Part shown: positions 1-13,179 of the stretch, in pieces | How positions within the stretch are numbered: position 1 is the stretch's first letter | Layout of the letters: every line of letters starts with the position of its first letter | NCBI GenBank assembly: GCA_030265395.1 | Contig: JARFYF010000094.1 | Coordinates: 65,871,653 to 65,935,652 of the forward strand | Direction: 5' to 3' | Length of the DNA: 64,000 nucleotides | Origin: Rhina ancylostomus | Lineage: Eukaryota | Translations under genes and position numbers: made by a program | Notes under the pieces: model-generated | What the model saw: the letters and a program-made list of their open reading frames with translations, nothing else | Told to the model about the DNA's origin: nothing | Databases searched by the model: none

Positions 1-219
1 TAATGCTGTACGTCCTTCAACAGTTGTTTGGCTGAGGCAAGGTGACCTTGACTACTGTGAAGTTGCATATTTCCAATTGATCTGGTCGACCCCTGCATTC
101 ATACCTCTGAAGTTGGGCTCTCTAAAATGTATACATATTCAGCTCTGCTGAACCCCAGACTTCAACAGCTTTCATCTGTTCCTTTAGCTGTGAAGGGAGA
201 ATTATGGGGAGAGCACTCT

Positions 220-985
220 ACAAAAGGATGTAGAGGTTAGTGAGTGAACAAAAATACATCAGTGAAACACAGCGTAAGGAAATGTAAGGTTATCCACTTT
301 GAAAGGAACAGAAAAGCTGAATATTGTTAAAATGGAGAGAAACTGCAAAGATGGATCTGGGTATCTTCATATGAAATACAAAGTTAGCATGCAAGTGAGC
401 AAGTAATTAGATTCGTAAATGAAATACTGTTTCTCATTGTAAGGGGCATAGAATACAAATGTAAGAAAGCCTTATTAAAACCGCGGAGGCTTTAACGGAA
501 CTACACCTTAAGTGCTACATATAGATTTAGTCTCCTTACTTAAGAGGAAATCATACTTGCATTTAAAGTAGTTCAGAGAAGGGTCACTAAGTTGATTTCT
601 AAGCCTATACGCATTGAAGTTTAGAAGAACAAGAGTTAAGCTTGCTGAAATGCAGAAGATTGAGAATGTAGGTACTCAAAAGGATGGTTCCTCATGTGGA
701 GGAGAACTAGAGAATATAATTACAGAGAAGGGGTCGTGCATTTAAAACTGAGATGAGGAGGAATTTCTTCTCTCAGTGGTGGTGCGCTTTTAGAATTTTC
801 TCACCCAGTGAGCTGTGGAAGCTGAGTCAATATGTTCCGAGCAGAGACAGATTTTCAGAACCAAAATGTGATGTGGACCAAGCAAGAAAGTGGGGTTTTG
901 ATCATGATCAGATTACCCACGAGCTTACTGAGCAATCAATCAGATCAAGGTGCATAAGGCCTCCTCCTGCTTTTCCCTATTACTA
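220..985 (+). mobile_element. Decayed CR1-type LINE, 3' part of ORF2 and 3' UTR
   Basis: Contains aaatgtaaggttatccactttg (KCKVIHF-like), gttcagagaagggtcactaag (VQRR-T-like) and gagatgaggaggaatttcttctctcag, the C-terminal motifs of CR1 ORF2; many stops and indels. Confidence 0.8.
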
Positions 986-2379
986 GCCTTGTAGGTTAAT
1001 AGCTACCCAGATTAAAACTTTCAACATATAGGCAAAATATTTTGTTGTTTGGAGTTATTAGTTCCAATGATTCCCATAAGTTTATAAAGCCTGATATTTA
1101 TGTCCTCAAGTCTCACCGTTGTGAGATATGCCATTTATGCCAGTCCATTTACTGAGAAATAGGTTTGAAAAAAAAGTCAGAGTTAATACAAAACTGCAAA
1201 TTGATCAGTTGGCTCGAGAAGACTGACTTTTTAAACTTTAGCTTCATAACATGATTCCTCACATTAAAGTGCAGTGTTTTTTTAAAGTTAATGACATTCC
1301 TTGGTTACATAATATTTACAGTCCTGCACATGTTCCACATTATGCATGAACACTAGTTGTCTGGAAAAGATCACCGACAGACAGGAGGTCATATCAAATC
1401 AAGAAAAAAAAGCAAAACATTTTTTGCTGATGGACTGGGATGCTGCTGCACTGTGGTGTGGGCATAGGGATTTATTGCTTCAGTGGTCAATCTTGTTCCT
1501 TTTAACTGTGGAGGAACAGCAAGGTTATAGGTGAGCATATAGAGAAATGAAACCCATCTCTTTCAGGTACCAATGGTTTATGACACACGCTGCATGTCAA
1601 GAAACCTTTAGCAAATTGTATTAGCACAGTGAAGGGGGAGAGGGGTTCAATTCTAAGTTGTTTCGGGTGAAAGCAAGAAATGAAGGGAACATTACAAAAG
1701 GCCACGAAATAGCACAAAATTGCAATAAAAAATTAGTGCAAAACAAATTAACCTTGCCTACTTTAATTGATATGCATTTTATAGCAGAAAATATTATACA
1801 TCAAAATGGCCAATTCAGACTGTTCACGTGAAGTTTTTTTTATCTGAATAGCTGATGTGATATCCAATCATTCTGCTGGTATGTATAAGATGGTGTTAGG
1901 GAAGCATCCTTCAGAAAAATTATTCTACCCTTCTGCACCTCATTTCCATAGCAGATTGACATTTGTTTCAACTAAATTTGTCCGGCCAATGAACCTTTAA
2001 GCTGCCATTCAATCATGGGAACAACCATATCCAGACTNNNNNNNNNNNNNNNNNNNNNNNNNNNNNNNNNNNNNNNNNNNNNNNNNNNNNNNNNNNNNNN
2101 NNNNNNNNNNNNNNNNNNNNNNNNNNNNNNNNNNNNNCCAGACTTAAAACATTCCCAAGCATGCTAACTTTCTCAAACTAAGGGCACAAGGCCATTCCAA
2201 CTTGCTCACTCTATTGATTCTTTACCATCATCCTAGTTGACATTCATTAATATATTAGCACAACTCAGCTAGATTTTAAGAATGTTGAAAACAAAATCAC
2301 ACTGTGTCAAACTCTTAGCAGACAGTGTGAAGAAAGAAGGAATTCTCAGTTGAAGTACATAAGCATTCATTTTATTTGG

Positions 2380-2680
2380 CAGGCATCAGCTTAGTTAGCA
2401 GCATATTCACCTCTACATCAGACAATTGTGTCCCCAACCTTGGGCTACAAAATCCATTCTGAAATCTTAAACAAGGGTCTGTTGCTTCAAAAGTACCTTA
2501 CAAGTTCTCATGACACGTTTTGAAAAGGAAAAAGGATTTCTCCTTGTATCCTCGTCAACAAGCAGCACACTGCCAAAAACTGATAAACAGGCTGTTGTCT
2601 ATTGTTCATGGGCCTTTGCAGTGAATGATCAACTGCATTTCTAATTGCATTCATGTGAATCATCTTGAAGACACAAAGAT
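2380..2680 (+). mobile_element. Highly decayed tRNA/Deu-domain SINE-like fragment
   Basis: Resembles related fragments at ~7590-7870 (+), ~8110-8320 (-) and ~17520-17720 (-); recognised by eye only. Confidence 0.4.
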
Positions 2681-2959
2681 TACACATTTTTTCTTTGAAG
2701 TTCTTACCTGCACAGCCAAAGTATGGGGAATAGTCATGATATTAAAAAATGGCAAAATAGGTTAAGGATGCTGACATAACACTGAAGATCAGAAAGGTCC
2801 CAAACCTAATTATTAGCTTATACAATTCAACTTACCTCTAACTGTGCTGCCATTTTTATCTACTATAGTTGGAAAGTATACAGGATGGGGGAGTCAAAGT
2901 CCATCACCTTAACTATACTAGCCAAGTACCAAAGAATACAGCTGCCAAACCAAGTCCGT

Positions 2960-3840
2960 AGTAGACAGTGAGCAAAGCAACCCAGGGGATAAATCTACTT
3001 GACTCATTCTCAGTCTACATGTTAGTTATATCTGTTCACATCAGCACTGGGAGGAGTAGCCACCACATATTCCAAGAACATCATCTACTGTGTTATGCAG
3101 ACGATCACTGTGCTAAGTGGGTTAGACTCAAAACAGATTCAGCGGCTTAAAAACTAGCCATCCAAAAGGCACTGTGAACCATCAACAGATGATTTCACCA
3201 TTTCCTGTAATGTCTTGGCCTGGAATATTCCTCACTCTATCAATACAATTAAGACAGGGGATCAACCCTTGTTCTGCGAGGACTGCAGGAGGGCACATGG
3301 AGCAATACCAAACGTGCGCAAAACCAGAACAGTAAATGAGCACAGCCACAAAGCAGGACTACATTGTGCAAACAAAAAGTATTCAACAGAAAGCGCTAAA
3401 CTATCCCAAACCTCCAGATTAGATCAAAGCTCAGCAGTACTTTTACGCCCAGCTGTGAATGTTGGTGGATGTGGAATCCTCAGGTAATTGCAGCTCCAAG
3501 AGTACCCTCATCTACTATGATGGCAAGGTTCAACACCCAAGTTCCACAGTCAAAGCTGAAGCATTTCTTTTAAAACCACCTTCAACAAGAGGTATCCTAT
3601 GGATTATCCATCTCTGCATCCTCCAGAGTTCCTCAATGTCAAAGAAGCTGATCCACAACCAATTCAATTCCCTCCACAAGAAAGTACCAGATGCAGGAAA
3701 GTCTATGGAACCAGGCATAATACTGAAGATGAGCCCCAGAGCCAATTGCCCATCCAACCAAGCTGTCCCAATATATTACAACACCAGCTTCCAACTAGCA
3801 GCATGGAAAATTGCCTAACCATGTCCTGACTGTAAAATAG
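2960..3840 (+). mobile_element. Old LINE (CR1/L2-like clade) ORF2 fragment upstream of the RT core
   Basis: ORF 3459-3818 has KAEAF...YNT...WKIA, typical of the pre-RT region of non-LTR ORF2; appears related to 13180-14780. Confidence 0.6.
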
Positions 3841-3919
3841 GGCAATCACAAGAAAAAGGTGTAGGCATTTGATCCCTCACCCCTGCTGTTCATTAAACAC
3901 TTTCCGAGATTTCTGAGAT

Positions 3920-4290
3920 GGAAGGTTTCAGTCAAGTAGCAAATGGATAGGCTTGGTTTGTTTTCCATGGAGCAAAAGAAGCTGAGTGGGACAAAAGTGA
4001 GGTGAATAAAATTGAGTTGCACAGGTCAGGTAGTCAGTAAGAAAATGCTTTCCATGCAGAGGTGTCTAAGAACCAGGGACATTGGCTTCAAATAAATTCA
4101 GAAGGCATTGCCTCAAGTAATGGAGGCAGGTACTTGCACAAAATTTAAGCAGCACCTGGAGGCACACTTCACTCGCCAATGTATTGTAGGCTGCAGACCA
4201 AGTACTAGCAAATGGGATCTACATAGATAGGTACCGATGGTCAGCATGGAAGTGGTGGGCCATGGAGTCTGTTTCTGTGCCATATGACTC
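3920..4290 (+). mobile_element. CR1 3' end fragment
   Basis: ggcttggtttgttttccatggagcaaaagaagctgag and the terminal gtcagcatgga...gggcc...ctgtttctgtgc..tatgactct CR1 tail. Confidence 0.7.
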
Positions 4291-6719
4291 TCATTTGAGG
4301 ACACTGCTGCCACATTTCCGACATTGCAACAAATATACAAGTTTCAACAATGGGATTGGACCTCCAGACCTTAATATCTGAATACCTACATTGTGGGGTA
4401 AATCCACTTAAATTTCCTCCCGGGTTTTATAGTGGAATTTTTCAGGAGATACACTAAGCATAAAATTCCTGAAGAGTGCTCATCACAAAAACTATCAATG
4501 CAAATTAAATTTAACATTTTTACTTTGAAACATCCAATTATACATATTCTCCCTCTCACCTTTCATACCAACAATTTAGAGCTCAGCTATCCTGGGAAAT
4601 TTCCAAAGGCCCTTACAGTAATGATGCAATTTCCCAGTTCCACTGGATCCCTTTATCAAAGGAAAATTAACTCCAAGGTTGCAATCCTATTTTTCCCCAA
4701 GATGCACTTAAGCATTATCCCACTCCACCTAGGAACTATTCTGACCGCAAGATGAACTGGTCATCACTGTAAAACCAATTGAAAGTTATGCTCAAATTCA
4801 CTCATCAGAATTGGTCAACTGCATACTTCCAGTTCATCACGATATACAAAATAAGCTAACATGAGAACAAATGTCAAAATTGTACATAATGCAAGAACAC
4901 ATCTTTTTCCTACCTTCACATTTTTTCCCCCAAAGACAGAAATCAAATTCAAAATAAACAAGCACGTGAAACTATATGGGAAAATCCTTGCACATACGAG
5001 TTTCACTTAAGTTTGTAACTGTTAGAAGATTTGTGGAGATAACAATTTCATCCCTCCATTTAAGTTATTATCGCAAACAGCCAAGACCAAGCACTGATCC
5101 TATGGGATCCTACTAGTTTCAGTCCAAAGGTGGCCCATTTATTACAATTAAATGTTTTCCTTTCTTTATTCAATCCTTAATCCATGCTAGTATTATCTGA
5201 ATCCCATGTGCTTGTAAGAATGGATCGTGCAAGCTGATCCCATTATCAAATATTTCAAGGACTAGGGACACAAGCTTATAATTCTGAGTCAAAGATACAA
5301 ATGGAATGTGGAGGAAAATCCATTTTACTCATTTAGTTATGATCTGAAATCTCCGCAGGCCAGGCTGGTGAAAACAGGCTAATTTTTGTCTTCAAAAAGG
5401 GAATTGCATAGGCAGTTGAATAATATGCAAGTCTTTGGGAAAAGTGTGATATGAACTGACAAGATTATTAAAAGCCAATCAGACACAACAGGCCAAATGG
5501 CCTCCTTCCATACTGTAGTTATTCTATGATGTAGAAGTTAAAAAAAAACCTTGTGATCTTCAATTAACAGCACATCTGGGTAAATTTTCTTTTATCATTC
5601 ATTACAGAGGTCATTATGAATGACCCAAAAAGCTGAGAAGTAATGATACATCTGCTGTTATTTGTTCACCGCTTTTGCAGAAATAGGTCATTGCATCTTG
5701 CTATAGCAAAGTAATACAAAGGTGGTTCCAACAGCTTAAATTATGGCAGGATGTACTATAGTCTATGTGGGAAGGTTCTTTAAAAAGGACAACAGAACCA
5801 GATACAGAGCAATGTGATTTTCTCCAAAGATACCTGATGCATTTACATCAAAGGGCTCATACAACAGAAGACAGAACTGCTCAGTTCTTGCCTCAAGCTA
5901 ATTGTGCTTTTATTACAACTATTTTGGTCAATTAATTATTTTCATTTCAGCAACAACAGTAGGTGCTAATAGAGCAAGATGCATTTTCCTCAAATTTGAC
6001 ATTTGTTGTCCACATCTTTTGTATACATGATCTTCTAAGCCTACCATTGATATATATTCCTTTCACGACTTGAACTGTTACTGGATCTGTGCCTAATGAT
6101 GTATTTCAGCTGACCCAGGAAATCTGAGTGTTTAACACACAACCACCCAGACAGAAATAAATTTTTTTTAAAACCTTCAGATGCAACTTAGAATTCTGGA
6201 AAGATCAGCCCCTAAATCTTTTTGTTGGAAAAAGTATTTCTTTCTCAGGCAGGTATAAACAACAAATAAAAACACTATCGATTCAAAGAGCAACAATGGA
6301 GATTTTTTAAATAATTACCTACAAATGGTATTGTATTAATTAGTACAGTGACATTTTTTCAAAATTCTTACATCTCTTTCAATTCCAAAACTCGAGTCTA
6401 AAGTCTACAACAAATCATGCTTCCAGTTGCTTTGAATTAGTCACATCACCAAAATGTGTTCTAAATAATTACTGTGGCACCAAGAAAGCTATGAAAAAAA
6501 CACTTTTGTGGCAAATTGTGTTAAAATGGATCATATGACAATCATATGCTTTTTTAACACGAAGGATGTCTACCACCCCTTTAAAACAACAGGGATTCAA
6601 GGAAGTGAAAATTCAGAAAGAATAACTTATATAAATATCCTTCAGTTCGAAGAAATTAAATGCAGTGGAATACGTACTTTGGGAATTATTCCCTTGCAAC
6701 TGTCTCCCATAACTATGGC

Positions 6720-7400
6720 ATCCTTCCAGGATGAGGATAACTTAAAGTGGGATCTGCACACACTTCTAAATGTGGGGTAGGTAGGTAGTATGGGAGATGG
6801 CGTGCACTTTTTATCATCGTTGCTGGGCTTCACATGTTACTGAAGGAACTTTCCAGATGCATTTTCTCCATTATAAAGGTACTATGTGCCAGGGATCCCC
6901 ACTAATTGGTGAGAATATTCAAGAACCCTTTGAAAACATACCCAATTAATTTCCTCTGACCCCTTGATAACCTCTTCCATGATGATGCTGATAATAGAGA
7001 GCCTTGTTCGGGAACCTGGTGTCAGGTATCCAAAAGATGTAGCCAGCCCAACAGAGCTGGCCGAGTGTAGTTTGAGGCTTGAAATTTATTAACCTGGGAG
7101 AGGACAATGATATTGGTTTGATTTTCCTTCCAGTAGATTTGTAGATTTTGTTAAGATAATGTTGGTGGTATCCCTCCAGTGCTTTTATGTACCTGTTGTA
7201 CATAGTCTACATCTCTGAAGCACATAAGTAGGAGATCAGTTCTCTCCATACACTATGTACTTTATGCTGTGGTTAGATCTTAAGGCTGTACAGGCAATGG
7301 CAAATTTCTGCCATCAATGAAATGTAGCTCCTGAGATATGGACGGTGTTTCACATTTTCCTGGGTCCTGCTGTGGCTCTCTATTATCCAAGAGGTCATAT
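6720..7400 (-). mobile_element. RTE-clade LINE 3' fragment
   Basis: Minus ORF 6946-7203 reads QLCWAGYIFWIPDTRFPNKALY, matching the RTE C-terminal LRWAGH..RM.D.R.PK..LY motif. Confidence 0.75.
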
Positions 7401-10400
7401 GCAGCAGGAGCAGATGTTCATCATAGTTCTACATCATAAAGTCAGCCTCGTTGTTATCCCTGTAACGTTCTTCCAAGAATAGTGAGAAAATTCATTTGTG
7501 TTACAATTGTAGGCACTCTCACATGAGTACTAAGTGATGAGTTTCAGTACTACCTCATAGACTTGTGCCCAAAATTTAATGCCACTCCGGAGAATGAGAA
7601 GTTGTGTTCAAATCCAAGAGTGCTGTAATGCCAAATGAGATAAAACTTTGCTTCAAAGTTGCAATAAAAGATCCAACAGTACTTTTCTTTAGAGATCACT
7701 TTTGTCTCCAGGATAATACAACCCTCAAACAATATCACTAAAGCAGATTATTTAGTAACTGTCAGCTTGTGGGATATTGCTGATCTGTTGCCTACAATAA
7801 TAACTACATTTCATTAGTATTTAATTGGCTGCAAATCACCATGTTCCAAGGTTATGAAAGGTCAAATATGAACACAATTGTTCCTTCCATTACCAGTTTA
7901 CTTCTAATTTATTGCAAATGCATAATCAAAAGTCTGCCCAAATTTTGCTTTATATGTATGGATGGCCCAACAAAAGCAAGGAAACAAATAACCGCACTCC
8001 CAGATTCACAGATTTCTTATTGCTACTTAAATACTTCTGAAAATTATAATGCTATCATTGTTGGATTAGCACATGTAGAATAAGTGAAAAGTTCCACAAA
8101 CAACAATCAAATACATCACTGATCAGGCATTAATTTTTGTTGACTGATGGAGTTAAAATAATGAAAGGAATCACCTGTTCTTACAATGACCAGAGATCTC
8201 ACATACAACTGAAGCAGCAAACAATTTAATGCCTCATCAGAAAGATGATACTTTAACAATATAGTTCTGGAAATGGACTTAGGTTTCAGCATGGCTTTTA
8301 CTCTGAAGAGTGGATTGGAATTTTATAAACCCACAAGCAGCGAGATCATAACAACCCAACCAGTTCACAAACATCTTTTAGGGAAGGAAAGCTCCTACTT
8401 TTAGTTAGTTTGGCAGATACAAGACTTTATTCACATTCCGTGCAGTTGACTCACTATTTGAAAAAGTACAGCAAGCCATTCAGTTGTATGTACCTTTGGA
8501 AGTTAACTGCAAGTCCATGAGAATCAGAGCAGCAGAGCATTGTAATTCTCAGATCAGAAGGTGACAAAGCATTATATGAGGTTTTATCAGATGAACCAAA
8601 AGAGGATTGATTGAGTCAACATTACAGAGTAGGAGTTCTTGATGAATGAATGTCTGTAGCCAGAGGCCCATCTCAAATTCAAACAAGATTGTTAACTGAT
8701 TAATTATAAAATGGATTGGGACAAAATCATTAGCTGAGGAAGAGTGTTTGCAGCAAGGACAAATGACAAAGATTTATTACATAATAATTAAAACAAAGGA
8801 ACAGACCTTTTGGCCCTCAAGGTCACATTTTTACATCACCTTTCATGGTCCACTGGTATGAAACATAGAGCTTTAAAAGGTTATCTACAATATTTCATAA
8901 GTTAAAAGTTTTTTCTCTAACAAAAGACATCAGATCCATCTGCTGGTATTATGTCCTGTTTCACAAATTATGCTAANNNNNNNNNNNNNNNNNNNNNNNN
9001 NNNNNNNNNNNNNNNNNNNNNNNNNNNNNNNNNNNNNNNNNNNNNNNNNNNNNNNNNNNNNNNNNNNNNNNNNNNNNNNNNNNNNNNNNNNNNNNNNNNN
9101 NNNNNNNNNNNNNTCATGTCTGCACCTGCCTCTTCTTGGAAAGGTCAACACTTAAAAAATTATTGCATGTCATATTCTCTAGACCTAATAGTCAAAAACA
9201 TAAAACATCAAAATAAACTACACAAATTGTTTTCTTCCTACACATTTTACAAAAAGCAGTTTCTTCTTCCCTCCCAAAACTTTTTCTTTCCTCCCCAACT
9301 TTCACAAGCATAGATCGATAACCAGTACATATGTGACCTCTGACAACAAATATTTGCAGGCCACCAATCATAATTGAGCCAAATTATCGCCTTATCGCGG
9401 CTGATTTCAAGCAAAGCACAATGGCTGGCACTCATGAAGTTAATATTCACAATCAATTCCTTTCCTAATCTATCTGTAGAACCTTGATTGTTCTTTCAGA
9501 TAAAATCAGCCAATTCAGCAAGAACCTGGAATTAAGGATGAAATTTCCCAGTCTGTCAAAATCTGAATAAACTCTCACTGAGGAAATCATTCACGTACAA
9601 GTTGTAAGTTAACAGCTGGTTACAAATGTCTTCTCTTATTACGAGAGAAAGATGAACATCAACACAGCATTATTATTTTACAATTCTTATTATTCACAGC
9701 CTTCTAGTAATCAAAGAACAATCCTGATTTAGAAGAGAGGTAAAAGATGCTTCTAATCCTATTAATGCTTCTCTAAAATTTGGCCACTATACAAAGTCAT
9801 GCAGAAGAAAAACATGAACATATCTTTAGTTTAAACATCAAATCCAAAATGTATCAACGCTGCTGACAATTACATACTAACATTTTTCAATCACGTGCTT
9901 TTGTATTACATTAATAATGTGAACTTTTGGCCTCTATATAAGCAAAATGGATTACAAATACGAGGAGACAGTACGGAGTCTTAAAATTGTAAAATGTTCA
10001 CGGCTTGGAAAAAACAGCCTTCACAAAATGATTAGACTTCTTATTACAGAACTCTTGAGGTGCAAGGGGGGGAAAATGGAAAATATTTAATGTACTTTTT
10101 TTTTACAGCTACTGAACAGGAAGGCTCCAAGTCTCTCAAAAAAAGTCACAGCCAACAACTTCCGTACCCTATGCTTCCATTACTTCAATTTTTCAATCCA
10201 TAGGAAAGTTTTTGCTACAGTATACTGCAAATGCTATTACTTGAATTAAATTTAAAGATGCTCATTAGAATATTCAAAGTCAGAAAAGATTGCTTACTGA
10301 AATGCAATACTGAAAATGAAATGAAAGAAAAAACAGATGTTTATGAATAAGACATTGAGTAGCAAGGCTACACTGCCAACATTTTGATCATATTTGGAGG

Positions 10401-11599
10401 GCATAGAGACGAAAAGCTACGGTGTTCAAATGTAGAAGATTAAAACTTGGTGCCTTTTCATGAGAGCAAGGGAAACTAAAAGGTTACAAGTTTCAAATAT
10501 GAAGAACTTGAATGGTGTAACCCATCCAAGAACAGAAATCTAAATTTGAATTTATCACAAGATTAGCTTACAAGATTTCTAATTTTCAGATTCCAGATTT
10601 TTATGTAAAGATTGAAAATATTAAAAGATCAAATCACAAGATAATTATGCTCTGCTGTGAAATGTCCCTTTTGATAAGATTGAATCACTTGAAAAATTAC
10701 TAATAAATCAATGACGCCATGATTTTTTTTTCATCCTATCAAGGTGGTATGTAGAGAATCTGTATGCTTCATAGGAAAACTGGCAATGTCAACAAAGTAG
10801 CATTCCCTCGGTGCTGCAGCAACCTACTTTGAAGCAATATGAGAATCCAGGCTATTTGTTTTTAAGTTTATACTTTGATTCTTTTGCTTCTTTAAGTACC
10901 ATTGCTAAAGTACGTTATGAATTTTGGCAGCAAATCACTGAAACATTAAATGTTACAATCCTGAGCTAGTGGCATTAAATTCCATGAATGTATGCTGACA
11001 AGGTTTTTACCTAATGTACAGCAGTTCATTTTAATGTCTTTCTCCAACTGAGCTAAAGCTTTGCTCAGCCTTTATCTGCAGTCATTTTATATTATGTTAA
11101 CAAAAATTAAACTGCTGTTCTTTAATATAGTTTTTGCTTCTCAGAAAGTAAAAGGTCTTTAAAAGGCAGCAATGTCATAAACTGGAACGAAGAACTTTGG
11201 ATGCCCTATTACAATCATCAGGACTGAAAAGATAGAAACACAATGTCAGTTATGTTCACCTTACTTAGCATCTAACATTGGAAATATTATGCAGCTGTAA
11301 GTTATGACATGATGCTAAAACAAATGATTTGTTATCAAAGGACAGGGTGTNNNNNNNNNNNNNNNNNNNNNNNNNNNNNNNGGGGGGTGGAATAATGAAG
11401 AAAGCCCCTTGACTTCTTGCATTCAGTGTTACAGATATCGAAAACATGGGTACAAATAAAGAATTTAATAGGATTGTGAAAAGGTGGACATTCAGGTTGC
11501 TTGATGCTGAATGACAGAATACTAGAAATATGAGTGCAAGGAATATTGAGATGAAGATTGGCAGAGTTAGCATAAAGAGATAATGATAATAAAAACAGA

Positions 11600-11980
11600 A
11601 TCAATCTGGATACACTCAGCAAGTTAAGAAGCATCTGCAAGAGAGTAACATTAACATTTCTGGTCAATAACCTTTAATCACAGCTGGTAAAGTTATAGCT
11701 AAATTAGCAAAGAAAAGTTGAATTAAGAACAAAACTTTAGCTATACAATGAGGTTCAATGTCAGCTCAAATGATCATACAGGAGAGCATGGCAATGTGAC
11801 AAGAAACAAAAGATGGGTTCAGAAGTGTAAATGAGAACAGTAGAATCATTACCAACAACTGCTATCTGGAAAAAGCCTGACAGTTTTTTGTGACGTCATG
11901 AAACTCTATTTGAGTTCAGAAAGCTGATAAGCAACAGAAGAGAAGGTACTGTCCCTTGAACATACTTTGAGTTTCCTCTA
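11600..11980 (-). mobile_element. Very decayed Penelope-like terminal-repeat remnant
   Basis: actcagcaagttaagaagcatctgc...ttaacatttc matches the terminus at 58350-58440 and 59385-59470. Confidence 0.5.
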
Positions 11981-12629
11981 ACCTCCACTCAGAAGGCACA
12001 AACACCTTCGGTTTTACTTGAACAGAGACCTTAACAGCTCACATTCAATGCCAGCTTCCTTTGTTGCATGAACCCCCGCCAAAATACCCTACTCCTCTGC
12101 CTGACTAAATCACCACCACATCCACCCTCTTCCTCTGACTTGCTGAACCAAGACCACACTCTGTCTGGCTGAATTTATCTTCATAGTAAACAATAAAATC
12201 TCTTCACATCTTTCTGAGTGCCAAATGTCATAAAACTAGTCCTCTTACAAGGGTTAGGGAAATCCAGGTTATTTGAATTAAATGCAAAGAATAGGAACAA
12301 AATGGCATTACAGGATTCAACTGAGAAGATGCACTGAGCTAAGGGACTAGTGGAGCTTATCAGATTACTGAAAGAGAAATCCCGGAGTGTGAGAACACAG
12401 TATTGGCAATGATCAGAGTGAGCATAGTGGCAGGCATTCCAAGTTCAGGGAACAGCCAATCTGGTCTGGCAGTAGTAGTAGAGCTGTTGCATTAAGAATA
12501 TAATTAGAACTGAGATTTGTAAAATTCATACATTTTAGCACCAGTCAACAATGCAAAAGCAATAAGCATTTGGGGAGGTCAATGCCTATTTTAGGACAAC
12601 CATCCCAAAGCCTAGCCAAGAAAAAGAAA

Positions 12630-13165
12630 AAAAAGAAAATGGTAGAAACACAGGTCAGGTAGCATCTGTAGAAAGAGAAACACATTTCAGGCCCTGAAGC
12701 CTTCATCAGAACTGGGAAAGAGAAAAAGTTTACAGTAGTAGAGAAGATGGAGTAATGTGTAAAACAAAGGGAATCTCTCTACTAGGGTGAAATCAAATGA
12801 GTTAACATGGCAGTTAAATAGCAAATTATGTTTGTCTCTGTAATGTGTTGTTGACAGGTAGAAGTGGCCAGTTCTCATACAGAAAGAAATAGGGAGTTAG
12901 CTAAAGCTGGAGAATTCAACATCGAATCCTTAAAGCTGCCAAGTGCCCAGATAGAAAATGATGGGTTGTTTCTTCTTGTAACAGTGCAGGAGGCCACAGA
13001 CAAAAGTCAGAGTGGGAATGGGATGATGAATTAAAGTGGCAGGCAACTAGAATCTTAGGATCACTCCTCTGGAGTGAATACACAAGCTCTGCAAAGTAAT
13101 TACCCAATCCACATTTGGTTTCTCCAATACTAAAGCAGCCAAGAAACAACCTGACATAGTTGTCC
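12630..13165 (-). mobile_element. Penelope-like remnant (GIY-YIG tail, 3' terminal repeat, degenerate hammerhead)
   Basis: Similar to 58860-59160 (ttaaagtggcaggcaact, tttggtttctccaat = IGETK). The minus strand at 12685-12716 has CTGATGA-AGG..CCT-GAAA. Confidence 0.75.
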
Positions 13166-13179
13166 TCTTGCAATCATGC

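Noticed and set aside
7545-7560. let-7-like TGAGGTAGTA on the minus strand (also in the repeat tails at ~49590 and ~51808)
   Set aside because: Only the first ~10 nt match; no mature sequence or hairpin.
12680-12720. Second functional hammerhead
   Set aside because: CTGATGA and GAAA are present, but the cleavage triplet and the 3' strand of stem I are lost; a degenerate relic.
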